Positions 15,801 to 29,373 of a stretch of DNA of 64,000 bases are shown here, in pieces. Source of the stretch: Plasmodiophora brassicae (lineage: Eukaryota); contig CP145418.1 in assembly GCA_036867785.1 (NCBI GenBank), positions 868,001 to 932,000 on the forward strand, given 5' to 3'. The notes beneath the pieces were generated by a model. It was not told where the DNA came from, did not search any database, and saw only the letters and a program-made list of their open reading frames with translations. The translations under genes and the position numbers were made by a program. Every line of letters begins with the position of its first letter. Position 1 is the first letter of the stretch.

Positions 15801-18800
15801 CGTGCAAACCATGCGGACTCGGCAAGATCCCTGATGCTCGACAGCAAGTGTGTGTCTCGTGCCCAGCGAATCAGATACGCGGGAACCTGTCCAGCGGATG
15901 TCAATCTTGGTACGCCCTGTTATGCCGTGATGGTCGTCGACATCATATGTGACGAACGGTTGACAGTGATCCTGGCCTGAAAGCGAACGCCACGGAATGT
16001 CAAGCGTGCCCTCCCGGATACCAAGCCGACTCTGATGGGCGCTGCGCGCCATGTGATCCTGGGCACTACACGCCACAGGGAACAGTATCGCCTCCCGTAT
16101 ATACCTGTCAAATATGGTACGTACGTCTTCCGATGGCACACGTATTAGAGTTCTGACATGTTTTCGGGGGGTAGCACGAATGGGACGCAACCCGCGCGTG
16201 GCGTGCAATGTGAACCATGCCCACCAGCAACGTACGGAAGCGCTGGGGTCTGCACTCAATGTTCGTGGGAGCAGGAACGATACCTTTAAAGTTACCATCT
16301 AACCAAGAAGTGTTCAGGTCCAGGCGGGACCTACAACAATGCTACTGGAATGACGTCGTGCAGCTCGTGCCCAAAGGGGTCGTTCAGTAGCGTAAAGGCG
16401 ACCGGCTGCACGTTATGTGATCTTGGGCAGTACGCGCCGTTATCAGGCAGCGGTTCCTGCTCGTTGTGCCAAAGCGGCCAGTATGCCGATACGCAGGGTT
16501 GGGCGTGTGTCGCATCGGTATCGCCACGTGATAACGAAATGGTGTTGAGCAGGATCGTCTTCGTGTAAGCCGTGCCCGCCCAACTCCAACTCGAACGCGA
16601 TCCGGGCCACGTCTAGGTCGAGCTGCTCGTGCAAACCCGGATACTATCAGAGCCAATCGCCAACAGTGTCTGATGACGGGTACTGTACGCCTTGCCCTAT
16701 AGGTTCTAGGCGTTCTCGTTTTCCTACGACCATCGTGCTCTAACTGTGATGTCGTAGGCGGCAACTGCACATCGAGCGGGACAATCGTTCCTGGCGTCCT
16801 GCCTGGTTATTACCGGGATATAAACGTCGATCCGCTTCTCATCGTCCTGTGCAGCCCTAGCGAAGCCTGCCTGGCGGCGATCGGCAATACGTCCACCACG
16901 TGCGCTGCCGGTTACCGGTCTGTCCATGGTCCTAACCCGTTGCGCCCACTGATGTCTTATACTTGGTGTTAGGGGCATTCGCTGTGGGACTTGCGGCCAC
17001 GAGTACTTTCGGCTGAATAATGTCTGCATTGCTTGTGGGTCCGGCGCATTCGGCATCGTCATGCTCGCCATTACAATATTCTTCGTGTGCTGCGCGTTCC
17101 TCGTGTCGGCGACGCCGTCGAAGGCGCCGTTCACGTCTCTCGGCATATCGCTCAGCAGCCTGCAATTAATCGCTGTCTTCGCCAACAACTTAACGGACTA
17201 CTGGACACCTGAGGTGACCTCCCTATGTGCTCCTCTATAGCGACCTGACAATTTACGCTGCTTGCATAGATCAAGACCAGCATCTCGTAAGCGCTGTTTA
17301 TATGAAGGCGCCTTATCGTTAACTGGGGTGTGCCCTGCTCACAGAATCGCATCCGCTTTCAACTTGAACCTCGAACTATTTCGTCAGTCGGACTTATTCG
17401 TGCGAATGTACATATGGGATTGCTTATTTACGTTGGGAAGGGCCGGAATGCGCCGTCCACATGGACTAGTAAGTGCTCGCCAATGGACACAACAGTCTTC
17501 CCCGCCTTTGAGAGCTGACTGCATTGGATTCAGCTGGACAAAGCAGCAGATCAAGCTGACGTTACCTTTAATGGCCATGGGCCTGCTTCTGTTCATTACG
17601 GCCATGGCTGTGGTCGGCAAGCGCGCGTGGGCACTCTTCCGAGGCAAGCAACAGTCGCAACATGCGTCTACAGGGAGTCAAATGGACGTGCTGACCGTAT
17701 CATCGACTATGAAGGATCGCCTGATCTATGCTAGGTGTGTAATAATTATCACTGATGGAAGCGTTGGTTTGCGTCTCAACGAACGTTGCCAGCGTCCTCA
17801 TCTTGAAGCACGGCCACACGTTACTGGTGTCGACGGCGCTAGACCCGGTGAATTGCATCGATGTCGGCGCAGGTCAGCGTGTGGTCCAGGTCGATCCGTC
17901 GGTATCGTGCAACGACCCCAGTTATGATTCCCACATTTGGTTCTCGTACATGTCGCTTTTCACCTACGCGGTCGTCGTCCATGACGTGTCGCTTTCGTTA
18001 TCCGCGGCTGATTCTCGATCGTAGATTGGAATTCCTGTCCTGTTCGGGGCCATACTTGGCCATCATTACAAGACGTGCACGCTGTCGACGCCCAAGTTCG
18101 AGAGACGGTTCGGGGATCTGACCAGTCCCTACACGGAGAAGTTCTTCTGGTGGGAGGTGCTCAACATGTTCAGGCGCCTTGTTCTGCTGTTGACCGTCAA
18201 CCTCATCGGGACAAAGTTCACTGAGCTGTTCAGCGCTCTGGCGGCGCTCTTCTTAGCCCTCGTCCTCCAATCATTCTGTAATGGGCCTGCTGCTCGATGC
18301 GCACTATGCAACCTCATTCGCTTTGTTGAACGACAGGTAATCCCTTCAGGACGACGGCGCAGAACCGACTATCGACTCTCTGGAATATCTACTCGGTCCT
18401 GATCCTGTTTTCGGCCGCTGTCCTGCAGGCAGGCGCCAACCTTCCGACCGGCCCAACGTCCACCCAGCAGCTCATCCTGACCGTTATGGTCTTCGTCGGG
18501 TTCTTCTGTATCGTCTGCTACTCCATCTACTGCATCGGCCTCGAGCTCAAGCTCCGCCAAGACCTGCGTCGGGAGAGCCAACGCGACCACCTCGGTAGGT
18601 CGCCCACGAATGCAGCCTGGACTGATGTGGTAACAGTCCCGATGGCAGGCGGTCCGAAGTCCCTTGTACAGCAATCGACACTGCGCAAATCAGATGCGGC
18701 TGCCTGGACGAGTACGCACATCGACCGATCGGGTCTGCTGACAACGACGGCGTTCCTACCAGAAACGTCGGGAATGGCGTTCCTACCAGAAACGTCGGGA

Positions 18801-19010
18801 ATGGCGGTCACCCCATTGGACAACCCGCTGCAGAGCACGACCATCACCGGATCGTCCTATTTCGGCCCGCAGTCCCTGGCCAGCATGACGCTCGGGCAGG
18901 CGTCCCGTATCGAGCAGAGGACGTCCTCACCGGCCACCATGCGCTACAGCTCTCTGCGAAACATGAAACCACCCGGGTCGCTGAATAACCTCAGCCCCCA
19001 TGCTCAATGA
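12880..19010 (+). CDS. Large multi-exon cell-surface protein: signal peptide, LamG/ConA-like region, EGF-like domain, many Cys-rich GCC2/GCC3 (ephrin-receptor-like) repeats, multi-TM C-terminus
   Basis: MLTTALVVACLVVVPQAWS; SVAFWV/SLSFWV and ISNLRFFDRA; CKCDQGWAGAQC; repeated CxxCPxGxY; several hydrophobic segments after 17.0 kb; PYTEKFFWWEV. Confidence 0.8.
18749..18806 (+). repeat. 27-bp in-frame tandem duplication (AFLPETSGM x2)
   Basis: ggcgttcctaccagaaacgtcgggaat occurs twice, exactly. Confidence 0.95.
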
Positions 19011-19248
19011 ACTACGCTGGACGCCACGTACAAACGAACCACCACGTGCCAATGTCGATAGGTATACAACGTTGTCCAAGCGATCAGGGCGCCGTCGCCC
19101 CTGATGCGCCAAATTCGCCGTTGACTGCAGCAGGTTCCTGCAGAATCTTCTTCCACAGTGCGTCTATTCTCGGAACGACTGGAGCACTGCCGGACGTGGG
19201 CTGAAGCGCGCGTGGCGGCCATTTCGATAAAGTGCAGCAGTCAGCAGC

Positions 19249-20082
19249 ATGCCCAGTGGGATCTCGATTGTCGCGTTGTTTGCCACCTGCGTCGTGTCGT
19301 CGGCGCTGGCGGACGACCCTGTCGTTGTGCCGGATACGCCTGCGGAGGCGGAGGGGCCTGTGTTGCAGTCGTCGCTGGATGACCTGGCCAAGGATATCAT
19401 GAGGACGGAGACGGTTGAAGAGTTCCAGCGCCTCAAGGTCGATTACCCGTTTGCGTCCAATATTCTCAGCCATATTGAGAACCTGTACGCGAAACAAGTC
19501 GCCGAGCATCACCATTGCGTTCATCACGGCCATGTTCATCCTTGGATGCAAGCTCCGTTCGTGGGCACGTTTGGGAGCAGCCTGGCGGACTGGCAGCGTT
19601 TGCTTCTGGACGCGATCACGCAATCGGGATGATACGCGCTCCCACGTCGCCGCATAGTTCGCATCGTCAGCATGGTGCCTGACGACATCGTGAAGCTGTC
19701 GGATGACCCCAAGCCAGCCGACGACGTTACCAAGAAGGTCCCGGCTCAGAGCAAGGTTCTGGACGACGCGGATCCGAGCAAGGCGCACCCGCCGGAATCG
19801 GTCGACAATAACGTTGCTGCCAGCCCCATCAGCGACGGCAAACGGGCCCCGTTAGAATCGAACTGATTCTCTGCGCCTCGTCCCCATTGGCTTGCGCCGC
19901 CACGTTTCGTGAATAGTAAACATCCGACTGTGGTCCGCTCCCTGAAACCGCCGATCGTACGTTGCCTCGGTCAGGCAGGTAAGACGGCCCCATGGACATT
20001 CCTATGGGCACACGAAGTCAGGCGCACCTGCCGAAGCAGGAACCGCCTGTCCCCGAACAAGGGCCAACGACGACGTCGTTAA
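19249..20082 (+). CDS. Putative secreted protein; 3' end and exon structure uncertain
   Basis: Signal peptide MPSGISIVALFATCVVSSALA; His-rich patch HHHCVHHGHVH; downstream acidic/Pro-rich frame at 19672-19866. Confidence 0.55.
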
Positions 20083-20200
20083 CGTCCAGGCGCTGTCTTC
20101 CGAGTGGTCGTCGTGGTGACCGCCGTCGCGAATCCGATTCTCGATTCATTACGTGAACGCGTACCGCCGATCGCCATACGCATTAACGCGGGTAAACGCG

Positions 20201-21856
20201 ATGACCGAAGACGCCATGACGCCCGATGGGACGATCGCCTGCCCCGGCGAGGTCGTTCTCGTCGACCAGGCCCAGCACCATTGCTGGCGATCCAGTGACG
20301 CCGTCGTCGACGCCGACTCGTCGTCGTCGCTGAGCCGCGTCTTGCAGCCCCTCGTCAACAACGCATTGCTGTCGGACGGTACGTACCCGACACACACGAT
20401 ATGCGGTCTTGCATCCCGACGTTCAATCGCTTCATAGTGACGTTCATGGCCGACGGGCAGGTCGTCCACGCGCATCGCCTCGTTCTGGTGTGTGATCAAT
20501 GCTATCCATGGCCCGGGTGCTATCCGCTGATCGGAGGAGGCACGCCAGGCCGCCTGGAGCGCTCCGTTCCGGGTCATGTTCACGAACGGGTGGGCGGAAT
20601 CGCGCATGGCCCAGATCGAGGTCGAAGCCGCCGACGTCGACGCCCTGAAGCTGATGCTCGAGTTCATGTACACGGGCAGCATCCACCTGGAGCCCCACAT
20701 GGGTGACCGCGCGCCTGCCCTGTCATCGCCCCCGCCGGGGCTAACAGCGTCGCCACAGCCCTGCCCGTGCTGGCCCTCGCCAATCGATACGCCGTCGTCC
20801 CCCTGCAACGCATCGCTGAGCAATTCATCGAGCAGCAACTCGACGTCGGCAACTGCTGCCTGTTCCTGAGCGCCGCTGACCGTTTCAACTGCGATCGCCT
20901 TCGACAGGTCCCTACCGGTACTGGATCGCGCCAGCGCCGCAGGCCCCTGAACACCATCACCCGTCCAGATTTGCTTCGAGTTCACCGTCGAACAGTTCGA
21001 GGCGGCGTCGAGCACGCGCGGCTTCCTGCTCCTGTCGACCGACTGTATGCGCCAGCTGCTGCACAGCAACGATCTCGTCGTGTGCAGCGAGGAGGTCGTG
21101 TTCCGCGCCCTGTCGACGTGGCTGGCGGCCGACCTGGCCAGTCGCGGCAAGCAGGCCGCCAACCTGCTCCAGCTGGTGCGGTTCCCGATGATGCGGAGCT
21201 CGTTCCTGTACGAGACCGTCGAGAAGGACCCGGTCGTGCAGGGCGTCGGCGTCATGCGCGACCTGTTACTGCAGGCGTACCGGTTCCATGCTGTGTCGCC
21301 GCTCGGGCACGTCCCTGATGGGTGCCAGGAGCGCGGCAAGGAGGCCATGCTGTTCGGCGATCGCGTCGGCCGCATCTGTGCATCGCTGTCCACGCCGTCG
21401 ATGTCGGGCGCGCACCCGGTCGACAACGTCCGGTACAAGGACGATAAGTACTGGCTGCCGTGCAATTCGGACCGGGCCGAGATCATGCTGGACCTGGACG
21501 GCCTGTTCCGGATCACGAGGATCCGCATGCAGAACCGGCACAGCGTCGAGTTCCAGGTCCTGTTCAAGGAGGCCCACGAGGAGCTCTGGCGCGAGCTCGT
21601 TCCGATCACGCAGAGCGGCCGGCACAAGGTCGTCAGCGAGATCGAACTCAACAAGGGCGTCGTCCACCACCGAACGAAAGCGGTCGCCAGGTACTTGCTG
21701 ATCCGGCTGCTGGGTCGTTCGCACTCGTCATACCACACCAGCGTCTACTGGATCGAAGTCCATGGCATGCGCGCCCCAAACACGACGGCGGCGCCATCGA
21801 CACCGAACCATGTCGTCGTGCCCTGCAAAGACGACCGGGCACATGACCAGTCGTAG
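20201..21856 (+). CDS. BTB/POZ-BACK domain protein with discoidin-like C-terminal region, multi-exon
   Basis: LSD|VTFMADGQVVHAHRLVL, FRVMFTNGWAES, LEFMYTG, LLHSNDLVVCSEEVVF, LLQLVRFPMM. Confidence 0.88.
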
Positions 21857-21916
21857 CGGCTGATCAACGCCAGGGAACGTAATGAAGATAGAGTTGGGTG
21901 TATTGTGGCGCCAGCA

Positions 21917-22408
21917 TTAGGCCTGGGCCTTAACGTGCTCCATGACCTTGATGCGGGCCTGCGACTGTTCGCCCCAGGACTTGATGACGACGCAGGAGCA
22001 GCCGACAACCTTGACGGGTTTGCCGTCGGCGTCGATCTTGCAAAGGCCAGCCCACTCGCCGAGGTCCTTGGAGTCGTCGACCATGATCAACGGGATTTTG
22101 CGCTGCTCGCACATGGCCTTGACGAGCTTCTTGTACGCCGCTTCGTCACACGTCGACGCCAGCAGGCACAGGTGCGCCTCACGACGGTCGAGAGCCTTGA
22201 CGGACTCCTTCAGGCCCCGGACAAGGCCGTCGTGGACGAGGGACTTCTTCAGGACCTCACGAAGGCACTCCTCGAGCGTCTTCGGCGCCTCCTCGATGAT
22301 CGGCGCAACGGAAACCTCCATGTCGTCAGATCCACTGTACGAATCCCGCACATCAGACAAGGTCCACAACCGACGCGAAGGGACGCCCTACACTTCAACG
22401 TCGGCCAT
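21917..22408 (-). CDS. RPS12: 40S ribosomal protein S12 (eS12)
   Basis: [20 protein letters not shown] and [26 protein letters not shown]; short first exon MADVE. Confidence 0.96.
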
Positions 22409-22578
22409 TGCGAACGATCGTAATGCAGGGGCGGTACTCTCCACCTAGATGCTTCCTCGAGTATGCGACGGTCCGCGGTCCGTCGCGGACTCCGTGGACG
22501 GGGTCTCTATGAACGCCCGCCCTAATAAGGCCCACAGTAAAGTTCACATAGACACACACCCGTCCGTCGCCGGCCAGA

Positions 22579-24558
22579 CTACAACGCCCGACGGTCTATT
22601 TCCGACTGAAGGATGGCGTTCGCGGCTTGTAGCATGCGAATCTCGTCGTCGCGTTCGCTGAGGGTCTCGGTCAGCGCATTCGCCAGGGCTTGCATGCGCT
22701 GCAGCACGCCGTTCTCGTCGGCGAAATTGCTCGACGCTCGCCTGATGCTGGGCCCACCTGTCCGAGCGCGGCTGCTGGTCGACACCGCCGCCTTGATCAT
22801 ACGCTCGAGGTCCTTGGCCAGCGACTCGCATCGGCTTCTTAACGCGTTGTTGCTACTGGTCAGCTCTTCGTTGGAACGCATCGCAAGAGCCAGCTGTGAC
22901 TCCAAGGCGGATCGTGTCGCCTGCTCGGCTTCCGATGACCTCCTCACAATTACCGTCCTCTGCCTTGGAATGGCAGGCGACACTGGCACAGCCGGAGCAA
23001 CTGGGACTTGCGACGTCTGGCATCGGTCCGTTTCCGTTGCCGCGTCGCAGGTGGGCACTCGCTGGTCCACCGCAGACGTGGATACCATTCCGGACGACGA
23101 CGTCGACGCCTCCATATCTGCAAGCCGAACCTTGACGGTTGCTAGCTCATGGTCACGCTGCTGCACAACGTCCTCCAAAGCCAACAGTTCGTCCCGAAGG
23201 CGATCCCGATCAACGCGCAGAACCTACATAGGTCGGCTCCGTTCAGTCAGGATCAGGCATCGTGCAACAGCAATGATGCTGCTGCTGCCTACCTCGATCT
23301 TCTCGTCACGCTCAGCGTTCTCTACCTGAAGCGCAGATATCCGTTTCGCCTGTCTGGCCACCCGTTTCTCTCGTCGCACGACGGCGCCGAGCCGATCGCG
23401 CAACGATGCATTGTCGGCAGCCAGTCGATCCCTCAACGCGATTAACGACTCGACCTGAGCCGGTAGATCCTCGTTGTCGCTGCCCGTCGTTTCGCGATGC
23501 TTGGTCGATCCTTCTGCGTCATCGGCCTCGTTCCCGTTCGATACGGGACATGATTCCCCTTGCTTATCCTGACCGACGGCCGCCTTCTTCTGGCCGGGAT
23601 CGGTCCGCACGGTCTCGTGGACGGGTATCGATCGCACACCATTCCGCAGCTGTGCGATCTCGTCCGCCAGCGCCGTCTCCTGCCGTTCCTGACCCTCCAG
23701 GGCGGCCTGATACTCGGCAATGAGTTGCAGCGCCTTCTGGCGCTCAGTAGTCAGCTCTGCGAGACGCGTCTCGCCCGCTTCGTACGCGCCCTGCAACGAC
23801 AGCTGGGCACGAGCCACGACGTGGAGGCGCTGCTGCAGATCGCGTATCCTTCTCGCCATCGCGTCGATGGAATCGTCACGGTTCCCGTGACGTTTCTCTC
23901 GAGCGCACGTCCTTAGCGCGCACGCGAACATGTCACGCTCCATCGGTGAACGGAACTCGACGCGTTCACGGCCGTCGACGATTGCAACTGTGGAGTCCGG
24001 CTCGAGATCGACTCTGGTCTCGCCTGTGATCGGGACACGCTGCGGGATGTCATCGTCGTCGGAAGAGAGCTCCAAACACGATCGATCGCGAAACGCGACG
24101 AGGCGTCCATCGCAGAGGATGAGGGACGACCCCTTCAGCAATGAGTCCGCCATGGACATGACGACCGCATTGGGCGGCACCCGCCCGATCTCAGCAAACG
24201 CCGGCGAAGGCGCTTCGGCGCTCTCCAAAGCAGCCTGGCACGCGATCATGCAGTCCCAATCGTCAATGGTCGGGTGGTATGCGCGCGTGCCAGATGCAAC
24301 CAGCTGCAGGCCGTCGTCCAGGCTCTGCCTGTACCATTGCAGGCGCCCAACGTCGGCGTGGGCAACGCCACTGACCACAACTGCGTCACCGGCCCAGCTC
24401 AGCGTCAGGCGCGACGGCGAACTGGACGACGACGGTGCCGAGGACGGCGCGCGAAGCAATTGCGTCGCCCGAGTCCACAACGACGCTGACGCCGCGCGAA
24501 TAGCATCGCCAGGCGCCACTGCCGGAACCGCAACGACGCCGCTAGCGTCCTCAGGCAT
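22579..24558 (-). CDS. Ig-like/PH-like domain plus long coiled-coil protein, at least two exons
   Basis: LQWYR...ASGTRAYHPTIDD (AIR9/SCAB-type Ig motif), FRSPMERDMF (PH-like terminal helix), then heptad-rich C-terminal half. Confidence 0.6.
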
Positions 24559-24774
24559 CCCCCTTCCGCGTCCTGTAGTAGATTCTTCCAAATCGTGCCG
24601 CACAGAGGTCGCGCGCGCCCAACCCCCGCCGGAGTGACGTTTTTGGGAGCCGCGACCGCCAGTCAGGAGCTGTCTCGGCGATACACGGCGAACTGCAGCC
24701 CGAGTCACGACGACGCGGCAAACTGCGCCGCATTAACGGGACACGCCTTACGTATGTATGCTTGCTGAGGTTGC

Positions 24775-26004
24775 CTACCGATGCCGATGTGTATTGTGGT
24801 GGTCTCGGCCGGGTGAACCGCGACGGTCCCGGCTGCGAGAGCGCCGCGAGTGGCGCCGTCTTGGGGAGCGATGACGGCTGGACGATCGGTAACGGCCTGG
24901 GGAACGATGACGGTGCCGTGGTGACCGTGATGGGGACCGAGGCTTGGTTCGACGGTCGAGGTCGGCCTCCCGAGAACAGGCCCCGTTGGAGGGAGCTGAC
25001 GCTTGACGAAGCATTTCCTCGTGATGCTTGATGGTCTGCCGGTTGTCCTCCTCGATCTTGGAGAAATCGACACGATCTGCATCGCTGAGTGGGTGATAGG
25101 TTGGGGCGCCCATTCGGTCGATGGATGCCATGCGAATACAAATATGCTCGAGCTCGGCCTTGGTAGATCCAAAGAGCTCGTACCAAGGAGGAGACGATGG
25201 CAACGGCATGCCCAGCTCGCGCGCTGCAAGCATGATGGATGCCGATGCGATGGCTTCAGGACCAAATCGCAGACAGTCGACCGACGTCTGAAAGTCATTG
25301 ATATAGTTCCACGAGGTCTACTCGACGATGAGCTGCAAATGCAAACGGATCATGGGATTGACACCGACCTGTGCAAGCACTTGTCCTCCATTCAGTCTCT
25401 GGATGTAGGACAGGAGGAACTTGTGTGGGTGGGACGTGTACACCATGAACCCGAGCGTGGATAGAATCGCTGTTTCATTCTTGAGCAGCGCATTTCGCCA
25501 GTTGTTGTAGTGCTGTGTTACGTGTATCTAAGAAACATCGATCCTGCAACCAAACCTGCACATGGGCCTGACGTTTGAAGCGACATCAAGCGTGGTGTCG
25601 GGCAGGTTGTACATCTTGTTGAGCAGGTGGAAAAAGACGGATAGGATGTCGCGAACCTTCCTTCGCGTTTCCTCGATCTTGGTGGCCAGAAACAGGCACG
25701 CGAACGTCGTCATGAGGAGTCGGTCGTGCCCGGACATCCTGACGCGACAAAAGTACCGATGCATCAGCACCTGTCAACCACGTCAATACAGAGTGACGAT
25801 GCCAGGCTGGGGCGAGTGGCTGACCTGTGCGGTCGCACACGTGACCCGCGGCAATCGGAGCAGCACGCATGCATCGACGAGCAAGGTCGCCGCCCAGAGT
25901 CGGTTCGACGCTTCCGCATGCGCATCGACGCCGTCCAGGACGACGTTCGCGTAGTGGTCCTCGTCGAACGCCAACTGGAACCGATCCTCGTCAGTCGACG
26001 TCAT
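24775..26004 (-). CDS. Cyclin L-like protein with RS-rich tail, multi-exon
   Basis: LLRLPRVTCATAQ|VLMHRYF, ACLFLATKIEETRRKVRD, LPSSPPWYELF and an RS-repeat C-terminus; last exon uncertain. Confidence 0.88.
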
Positions 26005-26258
26005 TGAGCAGCGCGAAGTCCGCCACGGCCACGGCCCCGCTCCTCAACCAGAGAGCAGCCGGCGAAGCCTGCAGTACCATCATCAGCGGCCATCAGCGTC
26101 CCAGACACCACCAGCCCCTGGGCAACCATCGACAAACGGCAGTGACGCTGTCAGCGTAGTTGGATCCACGCAGCTCGGTTGCCACAAGTTGGCGACGTGT
26201 TCGTTGGAAGGCCCGGCAGTCGTTTGATCGGACAGCGCGGCAAATTCCATTGGTGGTC

Positions 26259-26497
26259 ATGGTGGCGCGCGGCCCCATCGTCCTGTCGGGTAACGCCGCA
26301 CGGCGCGTGCTGGCAGTCAGACGGGCTGAAATGCATGCCTAGAGACGGAGCTCGAGTTGCTGATCGACCTGATTGAGCCGCCGACGAAACGCGATGAGGA
26401 CATGGACGCGGACGAGCAGCTGAAGGCGCGTTTGCGAGATCGGCTGTCATCTCTGTTGCGCGAGATTCGCAAGGAGCACGAGCAGCAACAAGGGTGA
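26259..26497 (+). CDS. Small two-exon protein (61 aa), absent from the ORF track
   Basis: Removing GT-AG intron 26290-26342 gives MVARGPIVLSETELELLIDLIEPPTKRDEDMDADEQLKARLRDRLSSLLREIRKEHEQQQG*. Confidence 0.6.
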
Positions 26498-26564
26498 CGT
26501 AACTCAGGGTCGTGAACCCATCCAAGAAGGCGTGGACTATGTATTACGATGCTTCTGCAATGAA

Positions 26565-28956
<2,392 letters not shown>

Positions 28957-29373
28957 TGGACGTCACGTTTCAGCGTGGCGGCCCGCGGCGGCGCCGCACG
29001 GCGGATCCGGATCACCAGACTCATGCAGGATCGGGTCATCATCGCCAGCCTCGAAGTTCATAGTTGCCACGCGCGAGGTGCAGATGCCCCCCGAGGAGAT
29101 GTGCCCGTCGAGAGGAACATGCGACAGCAAACGTTGAAGACTCGTGTGCTGGACCGTCATGTGGGAACCCGGATCGGACGGGGCGAAGGACAGAGCGGTT
29201 GTTGGGATCGTGCAACGGGAGGCGCGGGTCGCCATCCGGCAGATGCCCTGTGAGAACGTCGCCGTCGGCGTGCTGCGTGGGGCATGAAGAGGAGGCCGCT
29301 CGTGGCCACGGCTGTGGGACAGGGCAGCGCCAGCGAGCTGGGGTTGCTGCTGGTGCGTCGTGGATGATATTAC

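Noticed and set aside
20149-21738. 529-aa minus-strand ORF and similar long antisense ORFs (e.g. 50777-51796, 9939-11024, 61613-62488)
   Set aside because: They are shadow frames of real genes on the opposite strand, caused by high GC3, and show no protein-like motifs.
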